A DNA stretch of 38,436 nt from Octopus bimaculoides (lineage: Eukaryota), in assembly GCF_001194135.2 (NCBI RefSeq), contig NC_068984.1, forward strand, positions 91,540,628 through 91,579,063, given 5' to 3'. The translations under genes and the position numbers were made by a program. The notes under the pieces are model-generated. The model made no database searches, had not been told where the DNA came from, and worked only from the letters and a program-made list of their open reading frames with translations. Positions 23,630-34,311 of the stretch are shown in pieces (the stretch's first letter is position 1; each line of letters opens with the position of its first letter).

Positions 23630-24490
23630 CAGGGTGTTTGGGCTAGATTTAACAATTTTTTTTTATGCCTCCTTTTTTGAGGAACAGCTTACAGTATATC
23701 TGAACAGTCAATGGCATAAAGATAAGTTATAGTCGAGAAAAAGTTAGCTGACATGGAGGACTGAAAGCCATCTGAATATTGGAAAGAAGTTGCTGTATTA
23801 GATTTACGCTGGGTATTGAAATTCCAACATCATGACTGCCGTTCATTGCTCTGTAAACATAGTAACTAGGTTTGATAGGGACATCATGAAAACCGAGTTC
23901 CCCAAAACAGGTGGTCTTTGGGTGTGTCTCAAGTGAGGATGACATCATACAGTCCCATGTATTGGAACAGGGTCTTGGCTTAATTCAGATGGGTATATGA
24001 AGCTGCTGGAGATTGTTATCAGACTTTGGCTGGAGAAAGTTGCTGTTGAAAGGCCATATGTGACAGCAGGATTTGGCTGCTTGCCATACCTCTAGAACAA
24101 GTCAAAAGTGGTTGTTGGAGAATTTCTACAACTTCACCAGCCCCAATTTCTGTTCTAATCCCCACCGATTGTAATCCCAGAGGTGCATACCAACCGCTTC
24201 ACTTCCAATATAAAGGCCAAAAACAAGGTGTTTGAAAATCTTCCCGTGGACACTGGTGAATGCATGTACCAGGTTCTGGAGTTGTCTTAAGGCTGTGGTG
24301 GAAGTGAGGGTGGCTACTTTGAGTAAATTGTTATTTCCCAGCCATTTACTTCAGGTATTCTCAATGGGGGTGTTAATTTGCCACAAACAAGTGGATATAT
24401 TTTTTACATACTTCATGTAAATGTAAACATGCATAAATAATTACATTTTACGATGGCAGATTAACAAACGCATGGCAAAAACCACCCGGG
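23630..24490 (+). mobile_element. Internally deleted Tc1/mariner-superfamily element (maT/DD37D-like)
   Basis: Starts TA|CAGGGTG and ends CACCCGGG|TA. Peptide remnants VFGCVSSEDD, RPYV*QQDLAACHTSRTSQKWL and NFTSPNF resemble the QQDSAPxH and WPPNSPD regions. Confidence 0.8.
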
Positions 24491-24740
24491 TATGTACACT
24501 TACATATGACAAATTTAATGAAATGAAATCGGATGAATATTGTACTGTAAGGAAATGTTATAAATAATAGGGATATGGGGATCTTTTTTTGTTGCTGCCA
24601 GTTTTCTATTTCTTTAAATTTTGTTTCAGTTGTTTACAGATTTGATGTACCAATTTACTAGTTATGAAAAATTAATAAATAAAAGGTTAATAGATTTAAA
24701 ATATTGCAAATTCTAGGTAACTTTAGCCAGTCAAAAGCAA

Positions 24741-24793
24741 CAGACACATTGGTGCTTGTTACCATAGTAACAAGCGAAACTATAGTCTGCTGT
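24741..24793 (+). ncRNA. Decayed hammerhead-like relic
   Basis: Perfect 9-bp hairpin gcttgttac-cata-gtaacaagc followed by GAAAC-TATA-GTC. Flanks cagaca / tgctg can pair. The CUGANGA heptamer is not recognisable. Confidence 0.4.
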
Positions 24794-25936
24794 CCGAACT
24801 ACCATCACCATCATGTGTACCTTCTTTGGCAATAAGTCAAACTAACCCTCACATAGAGTTGTTTTTTTTGTTGTTTTTTTTTGTAATTTTTCGCAAAATT
24901 TTGTTGAGGACTTTTTCCTTTTTAAATTATATTCATGCCTGTTCGACCGTTTCACATGAATTTATTCATTAAAACTTCTTACAAACTTTCATCATAGTAA
25001 TGTTTTGCTTTCATTTTGTTTATTGAAACTTCATTGTAATGTTTCTGTTTGCATTAAAAAATTTTTTTTATTGACAACTATTGCACAGAAAATACCTGCT
25101 CCCAAATCCCATCTTCAGATAAGAAAAAAAATTATCAAACTTTCAACTTCTGTAATATTTTTCTAAAACTCTTCTGGAATAAATGAATCACAAAATTGGA
25201 TTTAGCATGAAAAATTACATTAATATACCAAATTTGAAAATTTTAACTTAATTTTAAAATTTCAAAACCAGTGATAGCAATAGAAAAGATCCAAGTACCA
25301 TACTTAAATAGTATTTTATAAAATTTCCTCCTGTGTATGGAGGAAAATAGAATAATAAGGTAATCCCTAAGTGTTAGTATGCTTATTTTTAAAGGCATTT
25401 TAAAGTTGGGTTTTGAATAATACAGACTGCATTATTCAGGTCATTTACAATGGCAGGAGATACTTTTTGATTAGTAACAGATACCACAATTAGAAGTGAA
25501 AAAATATCGTTAATTGACCCGAATAATACCGTCTACTGCTTTCAATTTTGCCCTCTTCACCCCCAAAAGAAAAACTTAAAATGCATCTAATGACAAAGAT
25601 AACACTTAGAGATTACCAACAATAATAGTTAGTTACCAGATCTATTGGCACATGCCAGTCTTTGAACAGTAATTGTTACAAGCTTGTACTGCTTAATTAT
25701 TACTATATTGATAATGATATTCTGAAATTTAATGGTATTGTGGTAATATTAATAATTGCATAATTTATGTGTATTGTGATAATAATTTTAACTAAGTTTT
25801 TTTCATTCTATTTTCATATCATTTGCTTCATTAATCAGGGCTTTTAAAAAGATGTGGAGGAGTATTTTGTAAGAAAGCCCACTTGATTGAAAACGGCCAA
25901 TGCATATTATTAGTCTCACACTGCATAAGCAATATA

Positions 25937-26215
25937 TATCATTTAACATCCATCTTCCATGGGTTGGATATTTTGTTAAAAGCCGACAAGCCAGAGGAGT
26001 ATGTTACCCTGGATACTTTGGCATGGTTTCTATGGCTTGATGTTCTGCCTAACGCTGACCATTTTATGGAGTGTGTTCTGGGTGCATTTTTTGTAGCTTC
26101 AGCACCAGTGAAGTTACCAAGTAATTCAATAAGACAAGACGCCTTGATTGAGTTGAGTGTAGTATTGAGAGAGTTAGCTTTGTGCCAGGTGTTTAGAGGC
26201 TAAAGTATGATAGAG
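25937..26215 (-). repeat. RTE-tail-related repeat
   Basis: Reverse complement resembles 1130-1390 (aagacaagac...cttgattga; ggcatggtttctatggcttgatg). Confidence 0.6.
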
Positions 26216-26881
26216 GGTTGTAGCAGGAATATTTAGCAATCAGATAACTATATAGCTCAAGAACATGGTTGTGATTTGCTAGAAAATTACCTATATCGTC
26301 AAAAAAGATCTAACCAATCAAAACTGTGGAATTGGCTCCAACAACAATTTCATCATTTGGTGTGTTTCTTTCTGAGCCAAACCATCACTATATATGCAGT
26401 GCACCATAGCTACTATGAGATGGCAGACAGCAGCTGCTCCAACTGACAACACAAAAGCATGACCAGCAGCTGACCACAATGAATGAATGAATGGTGACAG
26501 CAACACAAGGACCAGCTAACATTGACTACTGCTACAGTCACACCAAGAACAATCAGCTTCAAACTTTATCGATATTTTGTTTTTCATAGTAACATTTTTT
26601 TTGTTTACGCAAAGAATATTTTTTTTATAAAAAAATCTCATCATAATCAGTGTTCCTATATGTAACATGGTCAAAAACGTGTCTTGTAGTGGAGACACAA
26701 GGTTACCCCAGAAAGGAAGAATAGAAGGTGATAAAGTGTTATAGTTTACTGCATAGGCACAGGAAGGTGAGTATAATAAAGGATAGGTTTCTAAGAGTCT
26801 GACATGTATGAAACCATACACATGAGAAAGAAAGAGATAGTGGGTGGGGGGAGGGGGTAAAGGAATGCACAGTGATAGAGA

Positions 26882-27478
26882 CAAGTTTGGAGGCTAGTGT
26901 AACACTTGATGCCAAAGTTTGGTGCCAGTACCCCCAAGATCTTCCACACTGAATATTATTTTCATCTTTGTTCCAGGGAGTAGAGTTGTTACTCTCAGTC
27001 TCTCCCAGCAGCTCAGCTGTTCCATTGATGCAATCTTCTTGGCATAGCACTGCTCAACTGCCTCAAGTTCTGCTATCAGTTTGATTCTGTGAGAACAGCA
27101 GCCCAGACAACTAAGTACAAAAGTCCTCCATAGAACCAGCATAGTTTCCTGGTCTCTTGTTCTAAAAGTTCTCATAATCCATCTGGCCATTTGCCTGCAC
27201 ATTGTCACTTTCTTGGTGAAACAAGGCATTCTTGCTCATATCAATCCCCAGATCACACACTGTGCTTGATTCTGGGATTACTGCTCCTTTTGGGAAGTGT
27301 TGCGGTATGTGAGCACTAGCTAGCTGATAGTGGAGTGTTTGGAATTTCCCTGCATTGAATTGTATGCTGTTTACTTCAGCCCACTTATATATGGCATCTA
27401 GTCTTTTTGTAGATTAACATTGGAAAGTTCCTTGATTGTTTGTACTACAAGTGTAGCTGTCTGTGTAATTGGTGGCAT
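26882..27478 (-). mobile_element. CR1-like LINE, inverted 5' segment
   Basis: Minus-strand peptides LDAIYKWAEVNSIQFNAGKFQ, WIMRTFRTRDQETMLVLWRTFV, LIAELEAVEQ and VWKILGVLAPNFGIKCYTSLQT are CR1-type RT C-terminal sequence. Confidence 0.85.
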
Positions 27479-27725
27479 GTCCAAAAGAGCATTGCACTAC
27501 TCCAAAAGTCCCAGCTATCCCATCTAGAGTGAGGCTTATATTCTGCAACAACTTGGGTTTCAAGGGCCCACAACTATTTAATACCTTGCCAAAACACCTG
27601 AGGGATCTACATGAAGTAGGGGTAGATGTTTCCAAGAAACAACTTGACCTCCTGCTGTCCAAGGTCCCAGATGAACTTAAAAAGAGGGCAAACTCCCTCC
27701 CTCAACAAAAGTCATTCTCACAAGA
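27479..27725 (+). mobile_element. CR1-like LINE, sense 3' segment
   Basis: HCTTPKVPAIPSRVRLIFCNNLGFKGPQLFNTLPKHLRDLH...KKQLDLLLSKVPDE...ANSL is the typical CR1 ORF2 extreme C-terminus. Confidence 0.85.
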
Positions 27726-27847
27726 ATTGCCACTGAAGAGGTTATTACATTGGTAGTGAACCAGCATCGCTGTAGCCATTGGGCTGAAATGCATAAAAGA
27801 ACATATGCACATATACACATACATATATATATTTTCTTTAATTAGCA

Positions 27848-28444
27848 GTAGAGGGAACCTGTAGAAGAGGTAGACCCAGGAAGACCTGGGATGAGGTGCT
27901 GAAGCACAACCTTCAGACATTGGGCCTCACGGAGGCGATGATGAGTGACTGAGACTTTTGGAGATATAATGTGCTTGAAAAGACCTGGCAAACCAAATGA
28001 GACTAACTGTGGCCTATGCGAGTGCAGCATAACCGGCCCATTTAAGAGTACTTTTCAATCATTGGGCAATAATCTGTGATTGCAAAGACTTGTTGAGTCA
28101 AGTGAAATTGTCATGGCTGATGCCAGTACCACCTGACTGGCACCCATGCTGGTGGCATGTAAAAAGTACCATTTAAGCATGGTTGTTGCCAGTGCCACCT
28201 GACTGGCTCCTGTGCAAGTAGTATATAAAAAGAATCATTCAAGCATAGTCAATGCCAGTACTATGTAAAAAGCACCCACTACACTTTCAGAGTGGTTGGC
28301 GTTAGGAAGGGCATCCAGCTGTAGAAACCTTGCCAGATCAGATTGGAGCCTAGTACAGCCTTATGGCTTGACAGTCTTCAATCAAACCATCCAACCCATG
28401 CTAGTATGGAAAGTGGACGTTAAATGACGGTGGTGATGATGATG
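27848..28444 (+). mobile_element. RTE LINE 3' end with about 60-bp repeated UTR units
   Basis: GTCRRGRPRKTWDEVLK, then repeated gccagtaccacctgactgg units, then the tail ending gatgatgatg. Confidence 0.9.
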
Positions 28445-28605
28445 TTTCAGCTTTATAGCTGCAGTCATGGTAGGGCACCACCATTAGCTGTGTTACACCA
28501 TTATTTGAAACCACCTCTGATATGTGGCATTTGGTGAATGGGAGTTTGATGCTATGACTGTGAGTCCACTGCCGTAACCACTGGGCCACTACACCTCCAC
28601 TATAT
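28445..28605 (-). mobile_element. tRNA-derived SINE (third family), decayed
   Basis: Reverse complement begins ggaggtgtagtggcccagtggttacggcagtggactcacagtc, an A-box-like tRNA head. Confidence 0.5.
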
Positions 28606-28611
28606 ATTATA

Positions 28612-28990
28612 GGTGCAGGAGTGGCTGTGTGGTAAGTAGCTTGGTCACCAACCACCTGGTTCTGGGTTGAATCCCACTGCATGGCACCTTGGGCAATTGT
28701 CTTCTACTATAGCCTCAGGTTGACCAAAGTCTTGTGAGTGGATTTGGTAGATGGAAAGTGAAAGAAGCCTGTCGTATAAATGTGTGTTGATGTGTTTGTG
28801 TTTGCCTCCACAACATCACTTAACCAATGCTGGTGTGTTTATGGTTGGTTAGTGGTTCGGGAAAAGCGATCAATAGAATAAGTACCAGGCATACAAAGAA
28901 TAAGTCCTGGAGGCAATTTGCTTGACTAAATATGGTGCTCCAGCATGGCCGCAGTCAAATGACTGAAACAAATAAAAGTAAAAGAAAAAA
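28612..28990 (+). mobile_element. Full-length tRNA-derived SINE (first family)
   Basis: Head gtggctgtgtggtaagtagc...tgggttgaatccca, body ending ggtgctccagcatggccgcagtcaaatgactgaaacaaataaaag. Matches the reverse complement of 31979-32365. Confidence 0.85.
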
Positions 28991-29004
28991 GAAAAAGATA
29001 TATA

Positions 29005-29131
29005 AAAATATATAATACATATATATATATATATAAAATATAAATAATATATATATGCATATATATATAATGTAAACAATATATATATATATATAATACA
29101 TACACACATATATATATATATATATATATAT
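29005..29131. repeat. Imperfect (TA)n microsatellite
   Basis: Directly visible TA runs. Confidence 0.9.
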
Positions 29132-29145
29132 GGCTATGTAAAGCT

Positions 29146-29370
29146 GCTGGAAACTGGTCATTCCCTGGCTTGAGAGGGTGGCTGCTAGAAGGCCATATGG
29201 TTGGCAGCAGATTCATCTCTTTGCCATGCCTCTGGAACAAGTCACAATTGGTTGTCAGAGAATTTCTACAACTTCCAGGCCCCAATTTCTGGCTTTCTAA
29301 TTCCCCAGGATTACTATGTGTGTGGCAGAGTTGAAAAAGGCAACAACTGCTCTGTGTGCAATGCCAAGGA
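29146..29370 (+). mobile_element. Second fragment of the maT-like transposase family
   Basis: Colinear with 24000-24170 (aagctgctgga; aggccatatg; gagaatttctacaacttc; cccaatttct). Confidence 0.75.
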
Positions 29371-31689
29371 AATCATACATCTAATATTAAAAAAAACTGT
29401 GTCACAAAGTGAGGTCTTTAGGTTCAAACATTTCCGATCTTCTACATAAAATTGAAGACACATATCAGATTGTGCTACACAAACATCTGAGACTCCATCC
29501 CCTTGAACGGCCATCCAGTTTTATAACTAAACATTATGTCACCGATATGATAAAACCACTACTTCAAAGATGCAGTTACTTTAATAGCTGTCTTAATAAA
29601 TTTTGCTGTACCTGTCTAAAAGGTGCATATCTCTTTCACCAGAAGCACTTGCCTTTATACCTCATGTTATCCTGGTTATTTCCCAGACCACTAATTCCAT
29701 ATAAATTACTCTGATAAACTCTTCAAAACTGCAATAGTTTTCACTATCTAAATTTTACCTTCAAGCATCAATCATCAGAAGTTCAAATTGAACAGCAGTT
29801 ACTAAAATTTTGGGGGCATACATCTCCTTCAATTATCTATAAAAACAACTCATAATGAGGCATGGCTGTTCAGATTCTAGATTATTAAATGTGTAGTTTG
29901 CAAATATGCATTATGTCACAACCCCACACCCACCAAAAACCAAATAAACAAGGAATCTTTAAAAGGTATCAATCAATAGTTTCTTCAATAAAGAAAATCT
30001 ATTAATCCTAAAATGAGAAATTTAGTTCGGAACTAATGGTCAAGCACACATCAAGTAAAACTTCTGAAACTAATTCCATCATTTGCTTGTGTTGTTGTCA
30101 GTTGTTTTCAATTTTCTATACTTAGACATCTATTCTTAAAAGAGCTAATAAACACTTGTTCTTATACTGATAACAGTAGCTTTCATTGCTTCCAGCTGTA
30201 CATTATTCACTTGCAACCTAGATATTAAACACACTGATTCCATGAACAGAGACCACAAGAATCCTCCAATGGGGATATAATAATCTGGTCTCTTCCAATA
30301 ACAAAACATAAATGCAACTCATATCAAGGAAGCATCATTGCACTACACATCCCTTAATTATGAGCAACATTCAGTTAGAGCCCTTAAAATTGCTACAAAC
30401 CTATCCTAATGAAAGCATATCCTTAACGTAGGATCACATCCTAATGACTGGCCCTTCTCTTCAAGGCTAGAAGATAATTCAATCCCCAACAATTATTGAT
30501 ACTTTACAAAGCCTAGGTAAGTCCCACAATAGAATGTTACTCTCACATCTAGGATGGTGCAGCTGCTGTACTTTCGGACATCTTAGCCCACATCAAGAAA
30601 AGAACTACTTAACTGACTGGCAGAAAGTCATCCACTGACACACTTCTAGTCACTCACTCATAGGCATGATGTCATCTCTCTTTACTTTTTCTGTACTCCT
30701 TGGAGATGGCTGGGCACATGCCATCTGCACTCAGCTATGCCCATTTTACTCATCTCTCCTTCCATTGCCCTTATCGTTGTCCATTTTCCCAGGCCCAACA
30801 CTAATCACTACACTCATTCCTTTTGCTCTTTGGAATTTCTTTTCTGCTCATATCTTTCTCACAGATGTTGATTAATAAAGATTCAAGGGGAAACTTCAAG
30901 ATTTCTATCCTGCCTTTCTAAGAAGACCTGTTGGGTGTTGTTCCATCCTCCTGACCTAGCAAGTAAAGATTTTACCTTGCCTGTTCATTCCTATGAGCCC
31001 TAGATTTTGCTATATTATTTACATAAAATTTTAATTCATTTAAGCTTTTCATTTTCTGATGATATTTTGATAACTGGATGTCAGAATTCTTGTAACTTCA
31101 ATGAAAATATTCCACAGAGTATCATTTTAAACTTTCCAAATTGAGTTGTAATCATATACCTGGCATTGTAATGGCACTGATGGAAGCATGGTTTTACAAA
31201 TAAGAAAAATGAGAAAAATATCTGATCAAATTATCATTTAATAAGTGACCAATGCAATAACTAAATAAAATTTTTTTAATATTTAATTAAAAAAAAAAAA
31301 ATCACAAAATTTGAAATCTGCAATATTTTAATATAATAGAAAAGGTTTTCATTATTTTTTTCTATGAAGAACAAATTCTACTAAATTTATTAAAGCCTGC
31401 TGTGATGCACTATGCTTTAATTTTTTGGCCATGGAAATTGCCTCCTTGGCATGTTGTTCAGCTAGTAACCGAGTATGTGCCACACCATCACTCTGGAAGG
31501 GAAATAAGTTGAAAAGTTAGAGTAAAAAGAAAATGTAGTTATATTGTTGTGATGCAAAAACAATTTTTCAGTTTGTTGAATTAGTTCCAAAACTATAATT
31601 GAATAAAGAGATTTAATTTTAAATAATATGGTATTGATGACAAGAAAAGGCAAAAAGCTTTTCAAAAAAAAAAAAAAAAAAAAAAAAGA

Positions 31690-31903
31690 TTATTTACAAT
31701 TGATGGATATTTGTCCTCATCTTGTTTGTTGTTAACACAACGTTTTGGCTGATATACCCTCCAGCCTTCATCAGGTGTCTTGGGGAAATGAAAACCTGGG
31801 TTCTCATTCCTAAAGTAATTTTCAATGTTGTTGTTGTTATTATTATTATTATTATTATTATTCAGGTCACTGCCTGGAATTGAACTCTTAACCACTACGC
31901 CCA
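31690..31903 (-). mobile_element. tRNA-headed element with hammerhead-bearing tail, copy A
   Basis: Minus strand reads a deleted tRNA-like head (gggcgtagtggttaagag^ttcaattccaggcagtgacctg), (AAT)n(AAC)n, then ...gacacCTGATGAaggctg...cagccAAAACgttgtgtt...aagatgaggacaaatatcc. The G12 position is mutated to A at 31746. Confidence 0.8.
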
Positions 31904-31978
31904 TGAGCATATGGCATAGTGGTTAAGAGCACGGGCTACTAACCCCAAGATTCCGAGTTCGATTCCAGGCAGTGACCT

Positions 31979-32365
31979 TTTATTCTTTTATTTGTTTCAG
32001 TCATTTGACTGTGGCCATGCTGGAGCACCGCCTTTAGTCGAGCAAATCGACCCCAGGACTTATTCTTTGTAAGCCTAGTACTTATTTTATCAGTCTCTCT
32101 TGCTGAACCGCTAACTTATGGGGACGTAAACAAGCGAAGTTGGGGGGATAAACACAGACACACAAACATATACATACATACATACATACATATATATATA
32201 TGACAGGCTTCTTTTCAGTTTCCGTCTACCATATCCACTCACAAGGCTTTGGGTCGGCCCGCGGCTATAGTAGAAGACACCTGCCCAAGGTGCTACGCAG
32301 TGGGACTGAACCCGGAACCATGTGGTTGGTAAGCAAGCTACTTACCACACAGCCACTCCTGTGCC
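31979..32365 (-). mobile_element. Full-length tRNA-derived SINE (first family) nested in copy B
   Basis: Reverse complement of the family at 28612-28990, with an internal (TACA)n/(TA)n tract. Confidence 0.9.
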
Positions 32366-32445
32366 TATATAATAATAACAACAACAACAACAACAACATT
32401 GAAAAATACTTTAGGAATTAGAACCCAGGTTCAAAATTTCCCCTA

Positions 32446-32491
32446 GACACCTGATGAAGGCTGGAGGATATATCAGCCGAAACGTTGTGTT
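32446..32491 (+). ncRNA. Minimal type I hammerhead ribozyme motif with intact core
   Basis: Stem I GACAC/GUGUU; CUGAUGA 32451-32457; stem II GGCUG/CAGCC; GAAA 32479-32482; helix III reduced to the palindrome AACGUU; triplet GUU 32484-32486. Confidence 0.8.
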
Positions 32492-32514
32492 AACAACAAA
32501 CAAGATGAGGACAA

Positions 32515-32790
32515 GCAATAATAAATCTCTGAGCGAGGTATAAACAGTAGCTGCACGACATCGTGAAGTATATTTGCCACTTAAATGTGGCTAACCCTTA
32601 AGGTTGGATGCTACTGTAGCTTGTAGCCTCAGGAAGACACCACCTCCAGCTGGCTATTGACACACTTTCTGTGTTCTATCTTTGCAAAGGGAAGCCATCC
32701 TTTCCATCTCCAGCCTGACGTGATACACACGGACCAGAGTTTCTGGGTATTGACCTGTCAACAGTACGTGACAATCACTGGTTATTTCTT
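32515..32790 (-). mobile_element. Repeat X copy 1 (probable PLE pseudo-LTR with HHR-like motif on the minus strand)
   Basis: Direct repeat of 34660-34908. Minus strand reads CUGUUGA-caggucaauaccca-GAAAC-ucug-GUC at 32764-32732. Confidence 0.6.
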
Positions 32791-33019
32791 TATTATAGGC
32801 ACAAGGCCTAAACACAGAGGGGACATACACAGACATGCAGGAACAAAAAACACATGAAAGAATGAATATAAATTAAATTATAATGAATATGAGATGGTTT
32901 TCTCGGTCCCGCTCTGAGATGAAACTGTGATTTATTTTTTACAATTAAATGTTCTTACAGTCTTTTCTTTTTTCTCTTTTCCTGGATCATTCTGTTTCTT
33001 TTTTCTTTAAACTTTTTAA

Positions 33020-33135
33020 CAGTCTATTTTCCTCTTTTTGTCAAACTGCTAAGTTACGGGGTCATAAACACACCAGCATCGGTTGTCAAGCGGTGGTGGG
33101 GGGACAAATACAGACACACAAACACACATATATAT
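33020..33135 (-). mobile_element. Internal fragment of the first SINE family
   Basis: caaactgctaagttacgggg...gggggacaaatacagacacacaaaca matches 32100-32170. Confidence 0.6.
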
Positions 33136-33246
33136 ATAATGCAAGAGAGCTGGGAGGGTACCCAATTATTGTTACACTAGTGTTATACCAAGTGTAATAA
33201 GTGGGTGCGAGTAAAAGGGGGGTTATTTTACCCTAAATTAATATAA

Positions 33247-33452
33247 CAATAAGAAAATGGAGAATATGCGGTACTCAACGACTTGCAGACAGTGTATTCC
33301 GTTGAATTAATTAACTTATTTTGTAACTAAAATGACAAAAACCACAAAATGTGGTTTTTGTCATTTTAGTTACAAAATAAGTTAATTAATTCAACGGAAT
33401 ACACTGTCTGCTAGTCGTTGAGTACCACATATTCTCCTCCATTTTCTAATTG
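33247..33452. repeat. Near-perfect palindrome, about 100-bp arms, 3-nt spacer
   Basis: Arms 33247-33346 and 33350-33452 around aaa. They differ by 3 substitutions and one 3-bp indel by eye. Confidence 0.95.
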
Positions 33453-33481
33453 CTATATATATATATATATATATATATATA

Positions 33482-33750
33482 NNNNNNNNNNNNNNNNNNN
33501 NNNNNNNNNNNNNNNNNNNNNNNNNNNNNNNNNNNNNNNNNNNNNNNNNNNNNNNNNNNNNNNNNNNNNNNNNNNNNNNNNNNNNNNNNNNNNNNNNNNN
33601 NNNNNNNNNNNNNNNNNNNNNNNNNNNNNNNNNNNNNNNNNNNNNNNNNNNNNNNNNNNNNNNNNNNNNNNNNNNNNNNNNNNNNNNNNNNNNNNNNNNN
33701 NNNNNNNNNNNNNNNNNNNNNNNNNNNNNNNNNNNNNNNNNNNNNNNNNN
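33482..33750. other. Assembly gap (N run) preceded by (TA)n
   Basis: Directly visible. Confidence 1.
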
Positions 33751-33824
33751 TCCCACGTGGACTATGTTGACACCAGTAAGGAACAATTATGAACTTTTCA
33801 TTTAATTTCATTTTTTTAAATATG

Positions 33825-33874
33825 TATTTTTGATAAGGTTCGTTTTTTCAAGAACCGAAACATGTTAAAAATAT
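33825..33874 (+). ncRNA. Decayed hammerhead-like motif
   Basis: UUGAUAA (two transitions from CUGAUGA), stem II GGUUC/GAACC, GAAAC-AU-GUU with the palindrome AACAUGUU, and a U-rich/A-rich stem I. Confidence 0.45.
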
Positions 33875-33936
33875 CTCTGACAAAATTATAAATTAAAATT
33901 CATTTTTTATATATTGGCGTTTTCAAACTTCATTTT

Positions 33937-33974
<38 letters not shown>

Positions 33975-34120
33975 CATATATACGACGGGCTTCTTTCAGT
34001 TTCCGTCTACCAAATCCACTCACAAGGCTTTGGTCGGCCCGAGGCTATAGTGAAAGACACTTGCCCAAGGTGCCACGCAGTGGGACTGAACCCGGAACCA
34101 TGTGGTTCGTAAGCAAGCTA
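33975..34120 (-). mobile_element. Well-preserved head fragment of the first SINE family
   Basis: Close match to 32200-32340 with CpGs retained. Cut off after aagcaagcta. Confidence 0.9.
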
Positions 34121-34311
34121 ACGTTCTGTATACTACCATCCTCATCGCTATGCTGTTTATCAGTTCTTCTGGAGGAGTCAACTTTAGACTGGCTCCCCCT
34201 TTTACCATTTTGCTTCCTTCTTTCCACTTTCTTGTGTCAATTTCTATTTCCTGTACTTCCAGGGTGTTGGCATTTATTCCTTGGGTTGTTGCCGCTGTTT
34301 AACTTTGTCTA

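Larger units (their letters stand above)
31903..32514 (+). mobile_element. tRNA-headed element with hammerhead-bearing tail, copy B (interrupted; remainder at 35121-35189)
   Basis: Head 31903-31978 has A-box-like tagtggttaa and B-box-like gagttcgattcc. A SINE is inserted at 31979-32365. (AAT/AAC)n and the tail at 32368-32514 are homologous to copy A. Confidence 0.8.

Noticed and set aside
25840-25869. Candidate 30-bp micro-exon (cag|...|gtaaga)
   Set aside because: No recognisable peptide and no partner exons.
30160-30880. Possible very old LINE relic (YTDNS-like and C-terminal zinc-knuckle-like words)
   Set aside because: Motifs are too short and degenerate to support by eye. It needs a profile search.
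31906-31978. Possible tRNA gene (anticodon-like arm ggg-ctactaa-ccc)
   Set aside because: The acceptor stem does not close and the sequence is attached to a repeat tail in two copies. It is a SINE head.
33391-33811. ORFs of 106-131 aa in the track
   Set aside because: Artefacts of the N gap and (TA)n.
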